From the NCBI GenBank assembly GCA_963708025.1, contig CAVPSB010000007.1, positions 42,653 through 106,652 of the forward strand: a stretch of DNA of 64,000 bases. Direction: 5' to 3'. The position numbers and the translations under genes are program-made. Below are positions 40,441 to 49,766 of the stretch, one piece after another. The notes beneath the pieces are model-generated. The model ran no database searches and was not told the DNA's origin. It saw nothing but the letters and a program-made list of their open reading frames with translations. Position 1 is the first letter of the stretch. Each line of letters begins with the position of its first letter. Source of the stretch: an uncultured Candidatus Rokubacteria bacterium. Its GTDB lineage: Bacteria; Methylomirabilota; Methylomirabilia; Rokubacteriales; DASRDR01.

Positions 40441-40746
40441 GTCCGTCGTCTGGTCGGGTTCCGACCCGGGTGCCCCGGGTGGCCGCTCGGCGCTGTACAC
40501 GTCGTAGCCGGCGTCGCGGTGCAGGATCCGGAACCCCGCTTCCCATCGAGCCGCCTGCTTCGGCGTCAGGCCACGGCGTGGGCGTGATCGACGCCGCTCG
40601 GGGGCGGCGGGCGGAGGCTGCCCGCCGGGGGGCGCAGTCCGACGGTCGAAGACGACCGCGACCCGCCGGTCCGTCTCGAACAATCGCCGGAGACTCTCGT
40701 GGAGGTCGGGCCGGTCTGGCCGCACGACGATGATCCACTCGGACAT
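40438..40746 (-). CDS. Small hypothetical protein
   Basis: WIIVVRPDRPDLHESLRRLF..VAVVFDRR..ERR; co-oriented with the LOG gene. Confidence 0.65.
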   Translation of the reverse strand: MSEWIIVVRPDRPDLHESLRRLFETDRRVAVVFDRRTAPPGGQPPPAAPERRRSRPRRGLTPKQAARWEAGFRILHRDAGYDVYSAERPPGAPGSEPDQTTD

Positions 40747-40783
40747 GGCGTCCATCACCGGTCTCGGGCGCTGCCGGGCGATG

Positions 40784-41443
40784 TCATGACGCGGTCGGCG
40801 GGGCCGCCCGGAGGAGCGCCAGCACCTCTTCGGGCGTGTCGGCCACTCTTAGAATAGCCAGCTCCTCGGCGGTGATCCGACCCTGGGCCACGACCACGTC
40901 CCGCAGCCAGTCCAGGAGCCCCTGCCAGTAGGTCGAGTCCAGCAGGATCACCGGGAACGGTCGGATCCGGTGGGTCTGCACCAGCGTGGTCGCCTCGAAC
41001 AGCTCGTCCAGCGTGCCGAAGCCGCCGGGAGCGATCACGAAGCCCACCGCGTACTTGACGAACATCACCTTCCGCACGAAGAAGTAGCGGAAGTTGAGCA
41101 GCTTGCCCAGGTAGGGATTGGGCGCCTGCTCCTGCGGGAGGTCGATGTTGAGCCCGATGGAAAGCCCCCCGGCCTCCATGGCGCCCTTGTTGGCGGCTTC
41201 CATGATGCCGGGCCCCCCGCCGGTCAGCACGGCGAAACCGCTCTCGGCCAGCCGCCGGGCCGTCTTCTCGGCGAGGGCGTAGGCCGGATCCTCGGGTGTG
41301 GCGCGCGAGGAGCCGAAGAAGGCGACGGCTGGCGGGATCTTGCCCAGCGCGGTGAAGCCGGCCAGCAGCTCGTCGACGATCTTGAAGATACGCCACGGGT
41401 CTTCCGTGTCGGCCTGGATCGGGCTGGGCTGGAGCTCGGGCAC
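40784..41443 (-). CDS. LOG family (TIGR00730) nucleotide monophosphate nucleosidase
   Basis: TGGGPGIMEAANKGA, FRYFFVRKVMF, PGGFGTLDE. Confidence 0.93.
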   Translation of the reverse strand: MPELQPSPIQADTEDPWRIFKIVDELLAGFTALGKIPPAVAFFGSSRATPEDPAYALAEKTARRLAESGFAVLTGGGPGIMEAANKGAMEAGGLSIGLNIDLPQEQAPNPYLGKLLNFRYFFVRKVMFVKYAVGFVIAPGGFGTLDELFEATTLVQTHRIRPFPVILLDSTYWQGLLDWLRDVVVAQGRITAEELAILRVADTPEEVLALLRAAPPTAS

Positions 41444-41458
41444 GGAGAGGGCGCGCCG

Positions 41459-42055
41459 CTAGGCCGCGATCGCCCGCCGGTACTCGGCGAGCGACACCGC
41501 GCCGACGATCCGGCGCCCGGTCTCCAGGATGACGGTCGGGATGGCGCGGACCCCGTGTTCGCGCACCGCCGTCTCGTAGTCGTCGAGGACGGCCGGCCGG
41601 CCCTTGCCGGTCTCGTAGTCGTCGAGGAAGCGCGCGACGTCCAGCCCCGGCACGGTCCGGACGACCCCGGCCACCTCCTCGGGCACGCCGATGTTGACGC
41701 CCTCGCCGAAGAACGCCTGGTAGAGGCGCACGTGCAGGGCCTCGAAGAGGGCCTCGCCCTGGAGCAGCACGCACTTGGCCGCCTCGAGCGCCGGCATGCT
41801 GGAGGTCGGGAAATCCGGTCGCTCCCACATCCGGAAGGTGACCCCGGTGTCGGCGGCGAGCGCCTGGCAGCGCCGCCATCCTTCCTCCCGGTAGGTGCCC
41901 TTGAAGGTCACCGTCGGGTCGGGCGTGGGCCGGAGCGGGAACGCGCGCCAGTGGATCGCCAGGCGACCGCCCAGATCCGTCTGAACCTGCCGGAGGCGCA
42001 CCGCCGCCGGGTAGCACCAGGGTCAGAGATAGTCGGCATACTCGATGATTTCCAC
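41459..42055 (-). CDS. DsbA/FrnE-like thiol-disulfide oxidoreductase, predicted selenoprotein (U-P-W-C)
   Basis: GTG-EIIEYADYL-TGA-PWCY is in frame with ORF 41459-42001 (WRAFPL..GVRAIPT); the TGA at 42023-42025 sits at the first Cys position of CPWC. Confidence 0.85.
41990..42010 (-). promoter_or_regulatory. Candidate SECIS hairpin of the DsbA-like gene
   Basis: CCGG-C-GGCG-GTG-CGCC-T-CCGG starting 12 nt after the UGA. Confidence 0.6.
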
Positions 42056-42146
42056 GCGTCGATTGTAGCCGGCCGGCACCCCGCGGGCAAGAACAGACGC
42101 GCAGTGCTTGCGCCGGTGCCGGGCTTGTATTACACAAGAGAGGTCG

Positions 42147-42890
42147 ATGCGTCGGACGCTGCCCTCCTCCAAGGTCGAAGTCCGCGAGGTGATCTGGCGG
42201 GCGATGGAGGCGCGCGGCATCGCCCGCTTTCCCGGCACCAGCGGGCGGATCCCGAACTTCGTCGGCGCCGAGCGGGCGGCCCTCCACCTCACCGGGCTCC
42301 GCGCCTGGCGCGACGCGCGCATCCTGAAGATCAACCCGGATGCGCCGCAGCTCCCGGTCCGCCGCATGGCGCTGCGCGACGGCAAGGTCGTGTACATGCC
42401 GGTGCCACGCCTGCGGGAGCTCGAGTGCTTCCTCGAGCTCGACCCGGCCCGGCTCGGCCGGCGCGCCGCCCAGGCCGCGTCCATCAAGGGTGCCGAGCGC
42501 TTCGGCCGGCCGGTCCGGCTCGAGGAGATGCCGGCCATCGATCTGATCGTCTGCGGCTCGGTGGCCGTGAACGGGAAGGGCGCCCGGGTGGGGAAGGGCG
42601 GCGGCTTCTCCGACCTCGAGTACGGCCTCCTGGTCGAGATGGGTGGGGTGACGGAGACGACGCTCATCGCCACGACGATCCACCCGCTCCAGATGGTGCC
42701 GCAAGCGATCGAGATGCTGCCCCACGACATCCCGGTGGACGTCGCGGTGACGACGGACGGACCGATCTTGCTCTCGCCGGCGTTCCCGCGCCCGCGGGGG
42801 ATCTATCGCGAAGCCTTGACCGCCGAGAAGATCGCCGAGGTGCCGGCCTTGCAGCGGCTGTTGGCGCGCCGCCGAGCCGACGGAGGGTGA
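42147..42890 (+). CDS. 5-formyltetrahydrofolate cyclo-ligase paralog (COG0212/MTHFSD-like)
   Basis: GRIPNFVGA, KINPDAPQ, GSVAV..GARVGKGGGFSDLEY, HDIPVD. Confidence 0.88.
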   Translation: MRRTLPSSKVEVREVIWRAMEARGIARFPGTSGRIPNFVGAERAALHLTGLRAWRDARILKINPDAPQLPVRRMALRDGKVVYMPVPRLRELECFLELDPARLGRRAAQAASIKGAERFGRPVRLEEMPAIDLIVCGSVAVNGKGARVGKGGGFSDLEYGLLVEMGGVTETTLIATTIHPLQMVPQAIEMLPHDIPVDVAVTTDGPILLSPAFPRPRGIYREALTAEKIAEVPALQRLLARRRADGG

Positions 42891-42893
42891 AGC

Positions 42894-43871
42894 GTGATCT
42901 CTGCTGAATCATCCGAGCGAGAGGCTTCCCGGGCCACGATCGGGCGGCGAGTCGCGGCCACCGCGCTCGTCGTGGCGACCGTCGCGCTGGCCGCGGCGGC
43001 GGCCGCCCAGGGCACCTGGCGGACGGCGGCGCCGCTGCCGTCCAGCCGGACCGAGGTGACGGGCGCCGAGCTGGACGACCGGATCTACGTCATCGGCGGC
43101 TTCGGTGGTGGCGGTGAGGTCGTGGAGGCCTACGATCCGAAGACGGATCGGTGGGAGCGACGCGCCCCGTTGCCGGTCCCCGTGCACCACGCCGCCGCGG
43201 TGGCGCTGGGCGGAAGCCTCTACGTCGTCGGCGGCTACTCAGGCATGGGCTGGAGCGTGCTCGACACGGTCTTCGAGTACACCCCCTCGACGGACCGCTG
43301 GCGCGAGCGGGCGAAGCTGCCGACCCCGCGCGGGGCACTGGCGGCGGCGGCGCTCGACGGCCGCATCTACGCGGTGGGCGGCGTGGGGCGGGACAGCCGG
43401 AACACCGGCGCCCTCGAGGTGCTCGACGTCGCGGCGAACCGCTGGGAGGCCCGCGCCCCCATGCCGACGCCGCGCGATCACCTGGCGACAGCGGCGCTGG
43501 ACGGGAAGCTCCACGCCGTGGGCGGCCGGCGCGACGGCGACTACCGCGTCAACCTCGACGCCCACGAGGCTTACGACCCCTCCCGCAACGCCTGGAGCTC
43601 CCGCGCCGTGCTTCCCACCGCGCGCAGCGGCATCGCGGCCGCGGTCCTCGGGCGCCGCATCTTCGTCTTCGGCGGCGAGGGGCCGGGCGGGACGTTCCCC
43701 CAGGTCGAGGCCTACGAGTCCGCCGGGGACCGATGGCTCCCGATGAGCCCGATGCCGACGCCACGCCACGGCCTGGCCGCGGTGGCCCACGAGGGCCGGA
43801 TCTACGTCATCTCGGGGGGACCGCGGCCCGGAGGGTCCTACAGCTCGGCGAACGAGGTGTTCACCCCCTAA
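42894..43871 (+). CDS. Kelch-repeat exported protein
   Basis: Six repeats of the type IYVIGG..YDP..W..MPTPR. Confidence 0.92.
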   Translation: MISAESSEREASRATIGRRVAATALVVATVALAAAAAAQGTWRTAAPLPSSRTEVTGAELDDRIYVIGGFGGGGEVVEAYDPKTDRWERRAPLPVPVHHAAAVALGGSLYVVGGYSGMGWSVLDTVFEYTPSTDRWRERAKLPTPRGALAAAALDGRIYAVGGVGRDSRNTGALEVLDVAANRWEARAPMPTPRDHLATAALDGKLHAVGGRRDGDYRVNLDAHEAYDPSRNAWSSRAVLPTARSGIAAAVLGRRIFVFGGEGPGGTFPQVEAYESAGDRWLPMSPMPTPRHGLAAVAHEGRIYVISGGPRPGGSYSSANEVFTP

Positions 43872-44045
43872 CGGGCGGGACCGATGAGCATCGCATGGCG
43901 TCGTCCTTCGGACGGCCTTCGGCCTTTGGGGTCGTCGCCGATCCTCGGAGTACTCGGAGGACGCATGCGGTCGGCGACTCCCTGCGTCGGTTGGACAGCC
44001 TTCGGCCTGGGGGCGCTGCTCGCTCCTCGGCCCCGCCTCCAAGAA
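43869..44045 (+). mobile_element. Family B element, copy 4 (internally deleted)
   Basis: TAA-CGGGCGGGACCGATGAGC ... GCTCCTCGGCCCCGCC; starts at the Kelch gene stop. Confidence 0.78.
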
Positions 44046-44195
44046 CCGACTCCTCCGCCATGGTCATGACGTCCCACGGACTCTAGTGCCGGTGGAGGGG
44101 GCGCCGGCCCCTTTCTGACCATCCCCTCTGGTCACATCCTGGGCGCCCCTCACTCGCCTCGCCGGGTTCCCAAGGGCTGGCGAGCAGTTGGAGCC

Positions 44196-44211
44196 TGGCG
44201 CCCGGCTTGCA
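44196..44211 (+). promoter_or_regulatory. Sigma54 (-24/-12) promoter candidate
   Basis: TGGCGC-N5-TTGCA ending 14 nt before ATG 44226. Confidence 0.55.
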
Positions 44212-44225
44212 CTCGGAATCGCTCG

Positions 44226-44765
44226 ATGCGTAGATTCGGTTGGTCCTGCGGCCTGCTGGCGAGCATCGTCTTCGGACCGGTCCTCTTCGCCGCGGTCAGG
44301 CTGGTCGCCCTGCTGGGGGCGCTGCCCGCGTGGCTGGCTCACCGGCGGGCTCGTGTCCTGGTCGTGGCCGAGTTCGCCCCCTACGCCGAGCTGCTCTTCC
44401 GCAAGCTGCGCCGTGCCAGCTATCGCCTGGAGAGCTGCCACCCGCGGGACGCGCTCGACGCGGTGGCGAGCGGCAAGTACGGGGTCGTCGTGAGCGGCCT
44501 CGCCATGCCCTCCCTGACCGGGGTGGCGCTGCTCGGCGCGGTGGCCGGCTCCTGCCCGCGAACCCAGGTGATCCTCCTGACCAGCGATCCCGCCAGCGAG
44601 GCCGCCGCGCGCGCCCTCCGCGCCGGGGCCCTGGTGGTCCTGGACATGCGGGCCGTCGACGAGCTGGGGTACTGGGTGAGCGAGGCGTTCGCCCGGGTGC
44701 TCGCCCCGCCGTCCGCGCGCCGCCCGATCGCGCTGCTTCCGGGCGCGCGCGCCCGCCCGGCCTGA
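44226..44765 (+). CDS. Membrane-anchored atypical receiver-domain protein
   Basis: Hydrophobic N-terminus; RVLVVAE..VVVSGLAMPSLTGVALL..TQVILLT..ALRAGA matches the REC pattern without the Asp residues. Confidence 0.65.
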   Translation: MRRFGWSCGLLASIVFGPVLFAAVRLVALLGALPAWLAHRRARVLVVAEFAPYAELLFRKLRRASYRLESCHPRDALDAVASGKYGVVVSGLAMPSLTGVALLGAVAGSCPRTQVILLTSDPASEAAARALRAGALVVLDMRAVDELGYWVSEAFARVLAPPSARRPIALLPGARARPA

Positions 44766-44787
44766 TCCCGGTCTCCGCCGGGGGCGT

Positions 44788-45840
44788 CTACCAGGGGCGG
44801 GTCTCGCCGGCCTTCGGTATCCATATCCGCTCGGCTTCGATCCCGAGGCGACGCGCCTCGGCCTCGGCTCGCCGCGCCGGTTCCTCGATCGGCTCCTCGG
44901 TCAGATCGAACGTGCCCCAGTGGACCCCCATGAACCGCCGCCCGCCCACCTCCGCGAAGAGGCGCAACGCCTCCTCCGGCGTCGTGTGACTCAGCCGCAT
45001 CATCTCGGCCGGCTGGTAGGCGCCGATGGGGATGGCGGCCAGATCGAAGGGCCCCAGCCGCTGCCCGATCTCGCCGAGGCCCTCCCAGTAGCCGGTGTCG
45101 CCGGCAAAATAGAGCCGCCTCGACGGCCCCGCCACGACCCACCCGCCCCAGAGCCGGCGGTTCTCGTCCCACAGGCTGCGGGCGCCCCAGTGCTGGGCGG
45201 GGACGAAGGTCAGCGTGAGGCCCCCGAGGGTCCGGCTCTCCCACCAGTCCAGCTCCTCGACCTCCGTGATGCCGAGCCCCGCGAACCACGTCTTGAAGCC
45301 GAGGGGGACCAGAAAGAGCGGGCGGTGGGCGGCGGCGAGCCGCCGGACGGTGGGGACGTCGAGGTGGTCGTAGTGGTCGTGAGAGATCACGACGACGTGG
45401 ATCGCCGGCAGATCCTCGAGCCGGAGCCCGGGAGCCGTCACCCGCCGGGGTCCGGCCCAGGAGAGCGGGCTCGCCCGATCCGACCACTGAGGGTCGGTGA
45501 GCAGGTTCAGCCCGTCGAACTGGACGAGGAGGGTCGCGTGCCCGATCCAGGTGACCGTCGCCTGTCCCCGGTTGTCGCGCAGCGCGCGGCCGTCGTTGTC
45601 CACCCGGGGCAGGCTGGCCGACCGGGGCTGGAAGGCCAGCGCCCAGAAGCGCCGCGTGAGGAAGCGGGCGCGCACCCAGGAGCTCGGCCGGCTGTACGCG
45701 GGATTGAGGTTGCGGAAGCCGTGCTCCAGGTGGTGGGCGGGGGCACCCTCCTTGGGCCCGCCGGGGCCGGCGCAGCCAGCCACCAGGCCAGCCACCGGGA
45801 GTGTCAGGCCCAGGAGGAACGAGGGGAGCCGCCGGGTCAC
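44788..45840 (-). CDS. MBL-fold hydrolase (NAPE-PLD/RomA-like lipoprotein)
   Basis: TWIGHAT, LTDP, ISHDHYDHLD, PAQHW, FAGDTGY, HWGTF. Confidence 0.92.
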   Translation of the reverse strand: MTRRLPSFLLGLTLPVAGLVAGCAGPGGPKEGAPAHHLEHGFRNLNPAYSRPSSWVRARFLTRRFWALAFQPRSASLPRVDNDGRALRDNRGQATVTWIGHATLLVQFDGLNLLTDPQWSDRASPLSWAGPRRVTAPGLRLEDLPAIHVVVISHDHYDHLDVPTVRRLAAAHRPLFLVPLGFKTWFAGLGITEVEELDWWESRTLGGLTLTFVPAQHWGARSLWDENRRLWGGWVVAGPSRRLYFAGDTGYWEGLGEIGQRLGPFDLAAIPIGAYQPAEMMRLSHTTPEEALRLFAEVGGRRFMGVHWGTFDLTEEPIEEPARRAEAEARRLGIEAERIWIPKAGETRPW

Positions 45841-45907
45841 GCCATCGGATTATACCGTCGCGACTCGCGATTGAACGCGGACCGGGCGGCCGGGTATAGT
45901 TGGGGCC

Positions 45908-46744
45908 GTGACTCGCCTCCGGTTCGTCGCGGCGCTCCTGGTGCTGGCGCTCGGGCCCTTCGCCCCGGCCGACCGGGCGGCGGGCGCCGACGACTTGCCC
46001 ATCGTCGACACGCATCTCCACTACAGCCGGAACGCCTGGGCCCAGTACGCGCCCGAGGCCGTGCTGGCGATTCTCGACCGCGCAGGCGTCCGGCGGGCGT
46101 TCGTGTCCAGCACCCCTGACGACGGAACGCTCCAGCTCCACCAGGCGGCGCCCGACCGCATCGTCCCGGTCCTCCGCCCGTACCGCGAGTCCGGGGACCT
46201 CGGAACCTGGCACGCGCACGCCGACGTGGTGGCCTACCTGGAGGAGCGCCTCCGCCGGGGCGTTCACCGCGGTATCGGCGAGTTCCACCTGTACGGTGAC
46301 GACGCGCGATCCGTGGTGGTGCGCCAGGTCGCCGATCTCGCCCGGCAGCGCGGCCTGTTCCTCCACTGCCACTGCGACGCGGAGGCGGTGGAGATCCTCC
46401 TCGGGCTCGGCGCGGACCTGCGCGTCCTGTGGGCCCACGCCGGGATGTCCTCGGGGCCGGACGTCGTCGGGCGCCTGCTCGCCCGCCATTCGAATCTCTC
46501 CGTCGAGCTAGCCCTCCGCACCGACGTCGCGCCGGGTGGCCGACTCGATCCGGACTGGCGGGCGCTCTTCCTCCAGTACCCGGACCGCTTCATGGTGGGG
46601 ACCGACACCTGGACGCCGTCGCGCTGGAACGACGTGCCGGCCGCCCAGGACGCGGTGCGGGTGTGGCTGCGCCAGCTCCCACCCGACGTCGCGGCCCGGA
46701 TCGCCCGGGAGAACGCCGAGCGCCTCGCCGCCGGCAAGCCTTGA
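45908..46744 (+). CDS. Exported amidohydrolase family protein
   Basis: DTHLHY, GIGEFHL, WAHAG, PDRFMVGTD. Confidence 0.85.
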   Translation: MTRLRFVAALLVLALGPFAPADRAAGADDLPIVDTHLHYSRNAWAQYAPEAVLAILDRAGVRRAFVSSTPDDGTLQLHQAAPDRIVPVLRPYRESGDLGTWHAHADVVAYLEERLRRGVHRGIGEFHLYGDDARSVVVRQVADLARQRGLFLHCHCDAEAVEILLGLGADLRVLWAHAGMSSGPDVVGRLLARHSNLSVELALRTDVAPGGRLDPDWRALFLQYPDRFMVGTDTWTPSRWNDVPAAQDAVRVWLRQLPPDVAARIARENAERLAAGKP

Positions 46745-46892
46745 AAACATCGGGGGGGTCTTGGAAGATCCCCCCGAGGCTCCCCCTCGGAGGCCGCGGC
46801 CAAGCCGCGGCTCGAAGCGGAACGCCGCGGTCGCGCGGCCATAGGCAGTGGGTTGCGCGAGGCCGATGGGTGATCGGGAGCGCGGCGCCGGC
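46742..46892 (+). repeat. Family C element, full copy
   Basis: Starts at the amidohydrolase TGA; GGAGGCCGCGGCCAAGCCGCGGCTC..GCGGAACGCC core. Confidence 0.85.
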
Positions 46893-46898
46893 GAGTTC

Positions 46899-46995
46899 TA
46901 AAGAGCGTGTGAAGCATTTGCGGGCCTTCCGGCTCCCCCTCCCCCTGGTGGGTGGGGGAGGGGGTTGGGGGGGGGGGAGGCGGGAGGCCCCGAAA
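46899..46995 (+). repeat. Family A element, copy 7
   Basis: GAGCGTGTGAAG..C-tract/G-tract..GGGAGGCCCCGAA, directly after the family C copy and before hyi. Confidence 0.88.
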
Positions 46996-47004
46996 GGACG
47001 GCCC

Positions 47005-47793
47005 ATGCTCCGCTACGCGGCGAACCTGACGATGCTGTTCAACGACGTGCCGTTCCTCGAGCGCTTCGAGCGGGCGGCGGCCGCCGGGTTCCGGGCGGTG
47101 GAGTTCCTCTTCGCCCACAACGTGGACCAGGCCGGCGTCGAGCGGGAGCTCCACCGCCACGACCTGGAGCTGGTGCTCTTCGATCCCGAGGCCGGCGATT
47201 TCCCGGCCGGCGACCGGGGCTACCTGTGCGATCCCGGGCGGACCGATCACCTCCTGAAGACCATCGAGGAGGCCATCCTCACCGCCGGGCGGCTCGGTTG
47301 CCGGCGGCTGAACGTCCTGGCCGGCAACCGCATCGACGGGATCAGCGACGCCGACATGCGCCGGACGGTGGTCGGGAACCTCAAGCGGGCGGCGCCGCTC
47401 GCCCGGGCGGCTGGCATCACGCTGCTGATCGAGGCGCTGAACACCTGGGAGAGCCCTCGGTATTTCCTCGACCACTCGCGGCTCGGACTGGACCTCGTCC
47501 GCGAGGTCGGTGAGCCGAACGTCCGCTTCCAGTACGACTGCTACCACCTCCAGCGTATGGAGGGGCAGCTCATCGACGGCCTGACCAAGAACCTCGAATG
47601 GATCGGGCACGTCCAGATCGCCGACGTCCCGGGCCGTCACGAGCCCGGCACCGGCGAGATCCACTATCCGAACGTTCTCGGGGCCCTCGAGGCGTCCGGC
47701 TACGCGGGCTACGTGGGCCTCGAGTACCGCCCCTCCGCCAAGACGGAGGACTCGCTGGCCTGGCTGCCGCTCGGCGCCCGCGGGCGGCGCTGA
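47005..47793 (+). CDS. hyi: Hydroxypyruvate isomerase family protein
   Basis: YAANLTMLF..PFLERF, LLIEALN, DCYHLQ, HVQIADVPGRHEPGTGEI, VGLEY. Confidence 0.92.
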   Translation: MLRYAANLTMLFNDVPFLERFERAAAAGFRAVEFLFAHNVDQAGVERELHRHDLELVLFDPEAGDFPAGDRGYLCDPGRTDHLLKTIEEAILTAGRLGCRRLNVLAGNRIDGISDADMRRTVVGNLKRAAPLARAAGITLLIEALNTWESPRYFLDHSRLGLDLVREVGEPNVRFQYDCYHLQRMEGQLIDGLTKNLEWIGHVQIADVPGRHEPGTGEIHYPNVLGALEASGYAGYVGLEYRPSAKTEDSLAWLPLGARGRR

Positions 47794-47821
47794 CGCCCCG
47801 CGCCGGGCCGGGCGCGGCTCC

Positions 47822-48640
47822 ATGACCGGCCTCCTCCGGGACATCTTCCGCGCGTTCTGGCGGAACGACGGCTTCTTCCTCGCCGCCGGCCTGTCCTTCT
47901 ACGTGGTCATCTGCGTGGTGCCGTTCGTGCTGATCCTCATCGCGCTCGGCGGCTTCCTCCTCTCGGACGAAACCGTCATCGAGGAGGTCGTCACCCAGCT
48001 CATGGCGATCCTGCCGGTCTACCAGTCGGACGTGGAGCAGATCCTGACCGGAGTGGCCAACGCTCGCCGCGTCTCCGGGCTCCTCGGCACCGCGATCCTG
48101 TTCGTCTTCGCCGCCCAGCTCTTCGCGGCCACCCGGTTCGTCCTGAACCGCCTCTTCGGCATGCGGGGGCGCACCTTCCTGTGGGGGATGGTGTTCGATC
48201 TCCTCATGATCGTCTCCCTCATCGCGCTCTTTTTCGTGACCATGGGGATCACGGCGGCGTTCGCCTGGATGCAGAGCCTGCTGGGCCTCTTCCGGCACGG
48301 CCGGCTGTTCGCGACGCTGTTCGCCTGGGCGGCGCTCTTCCTGGCCATCGTCACCGACACCGCCCTGTTCGTGGTCCTCTACCGCTTCGTGCCGGCCCGG
48401 CGCATCCGCTGGTCCAGCGTCCTGGTCGGCGGGGTGACCACGGCCGTCCTGTGGGAGGTCGCCAAGCAGCTCTTCCGCATCTACATCGAGCGGGCCGGCG
48501 TCTACAGCGCGATGTACGGATCGATCGGCGTGAGCATCGCGCTGATCATGTGGGTGTACTACTCGGCGAACGTCTTCGTGCTGGGCGCGGCCCTCATCCG
48601 GGTCCTGGAGGAGCGGCGGACGAAGCGCGTCGCGGTTTGA
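47822..48640 (+). CDS. YihY/BrkB family membrane protein
   Basis: LAAGLSFY, LYRFVP, LWEVAKQLF, YGSIG..WVYYS. Confidence 0.9.
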   Translation: MTGLLRDIFRAFWRNDGFFLAAGLSFYVVICVVPFVLILIALGGFLLSDETVIEEVVTQLMAILPVYQSDVEQILTGVANARRVSGLLGTAILFVFAAQLFAATRFVLNRLFGMRGRTFLWGMVFDLLMIVSLIALFFVTMGITAAFAWMQSLLGLFRHGRLFATLFAWAALFLAIVTDTALFVVLYRFVPARRIRWSSVLVGGVTTAVLWEVAKQLFRIYIERAGVYSAMYGSIGVSIALIMWVYYSANVFVLGAALIRVLEERRTKRVAV

Positions 48641-48666
48641 CGGCCCGCTCGGGCGCTGCCTATAAT
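48637..48666 (+). promoter_or_regulatory. Sigma70-like promoter of selD
   Basis: TTGACG-N18-TATAAT overlapping the stop of the YihY-family gene. Confidence 0.65.
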
Positions 48667-48713
48667 CCGGCATCCCGACGCCCGTTGCCGGCTCGGGAGA
48701 GGGGGTGAGAGCC

Positions 48714-49757
48714 ATGGACGAGGCGATTCGCCTGACGACCCTGTCCCACGGGGCCGGCTGAGCGTGCAAGCTCGGGCCCGAGGATCTGGCCCAGGTGCTG
48801 CGGCTGCTCCCGCCCGTCTCCGATCCGAACCTCCTGGTCGGGCCCGAGACATGCGACGACGCCGCGGTCTACCGGCTCACCGACGACCTGGCCCTGGTGC
48901 TGACCGTGGACTACTTCACCCCGATCGTCGACGACCCCTACGCCTTCGGCCAGATCGCCGCCGCCAACTCGCTCTCCGACGTCTACGCCATGGGCGGGCG
49001 GCCGATCGCCATGCTCTCCATCGTCGGGTTCCCACGGGACAAGCTCCCGCTGGGCATCCTGGGCGAGATCCTGAAGGGCGGCGCCGAGAAGGCACGGGAA
49101 GCCGGGGTGAGCGTGGTCGGCGGGCACAGCATCGACGACGCCGAGCCCAAGGTCGGCTACGCGGTGGCCGGGCTCGTCCACCCGGCCCGGGTCTGGAAGA
49201 ACGTGGGGGCCCGGCCGGGTGACGCCCTCGTGCTGACCAAGCCGCTCGGGACCGGCATCATCTCGACCGCGATCAAGCAGGCGAAGGCGGCCCCGGCCAC
49301 GATCGAGGCGGCGGTGCGGACGATGGCGACCCTCAACCGGGCCGCTGCCGAGGCCATCGCCCAGGTCGAGGTCCACGCCGTCACCGACGTGACCGGGTTC
49401 GGCCTCCTCGGCCATCTTCGCGAGATGACCGGCGGCTCGGGGGTGCGCGCCCGCCTCGAGGCCTCGCGGGTCCCGCTGCTGCCCGACGTCGTCAGCCTCG
49501 CCCAGGCCGGCCTGGTGCCGGGCGGCACCCGGCGCAACCTGAAATCGGTGGCGGAGGTCGTTCGCTGGGATGCCGCCATCGCCGAGCCGCTCCGCGCCGT
49601 GATCGGCGATGCGCAGACCTCGGGCGGACTCCTGGTGGCGACCCCGGCAGCCGCCGCGCTCCTCCGCGCGCTCGAGACCGCGGGCGTGAGCGGGGCGGCC
49701 TGCATCGGCGAGATCGTCGCCGAGGATCCCGCGGGGACCATCGAAGTCGCAGTCTGA
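48714..49757 (+). CDS. selD: Selenide, water dikinase; selenoprotein (Sec16)
   Basis: ATG 48714 MDEAIRLTTLSHGAG-TGA-ACKLGP is in frame with DDAAVY..TVDYFTPIVDDP..TDVTGFGLLGH..DAQTSGGLL. Confidence 0.95.
48774..48792 (+). promoter_or_regulatory. Candidate SECIS hairpin of selD
   Basis: GGGCC-CGAGGATCT-GGCCC starting 12 nt after the UGA. Confidence 0.55.
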
Positions 49758-49766
49758 GGAGGCGCC

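Noticed and set aside
35041-49757. Selenium-dependent molybdenum hydroxylase system (moeA, xdhC, selD)
   Set aside because: The genes are more than 10 kb apart, no yqeB/yqeC or hydroxylase subunits are present, and Sec use already explains selD.
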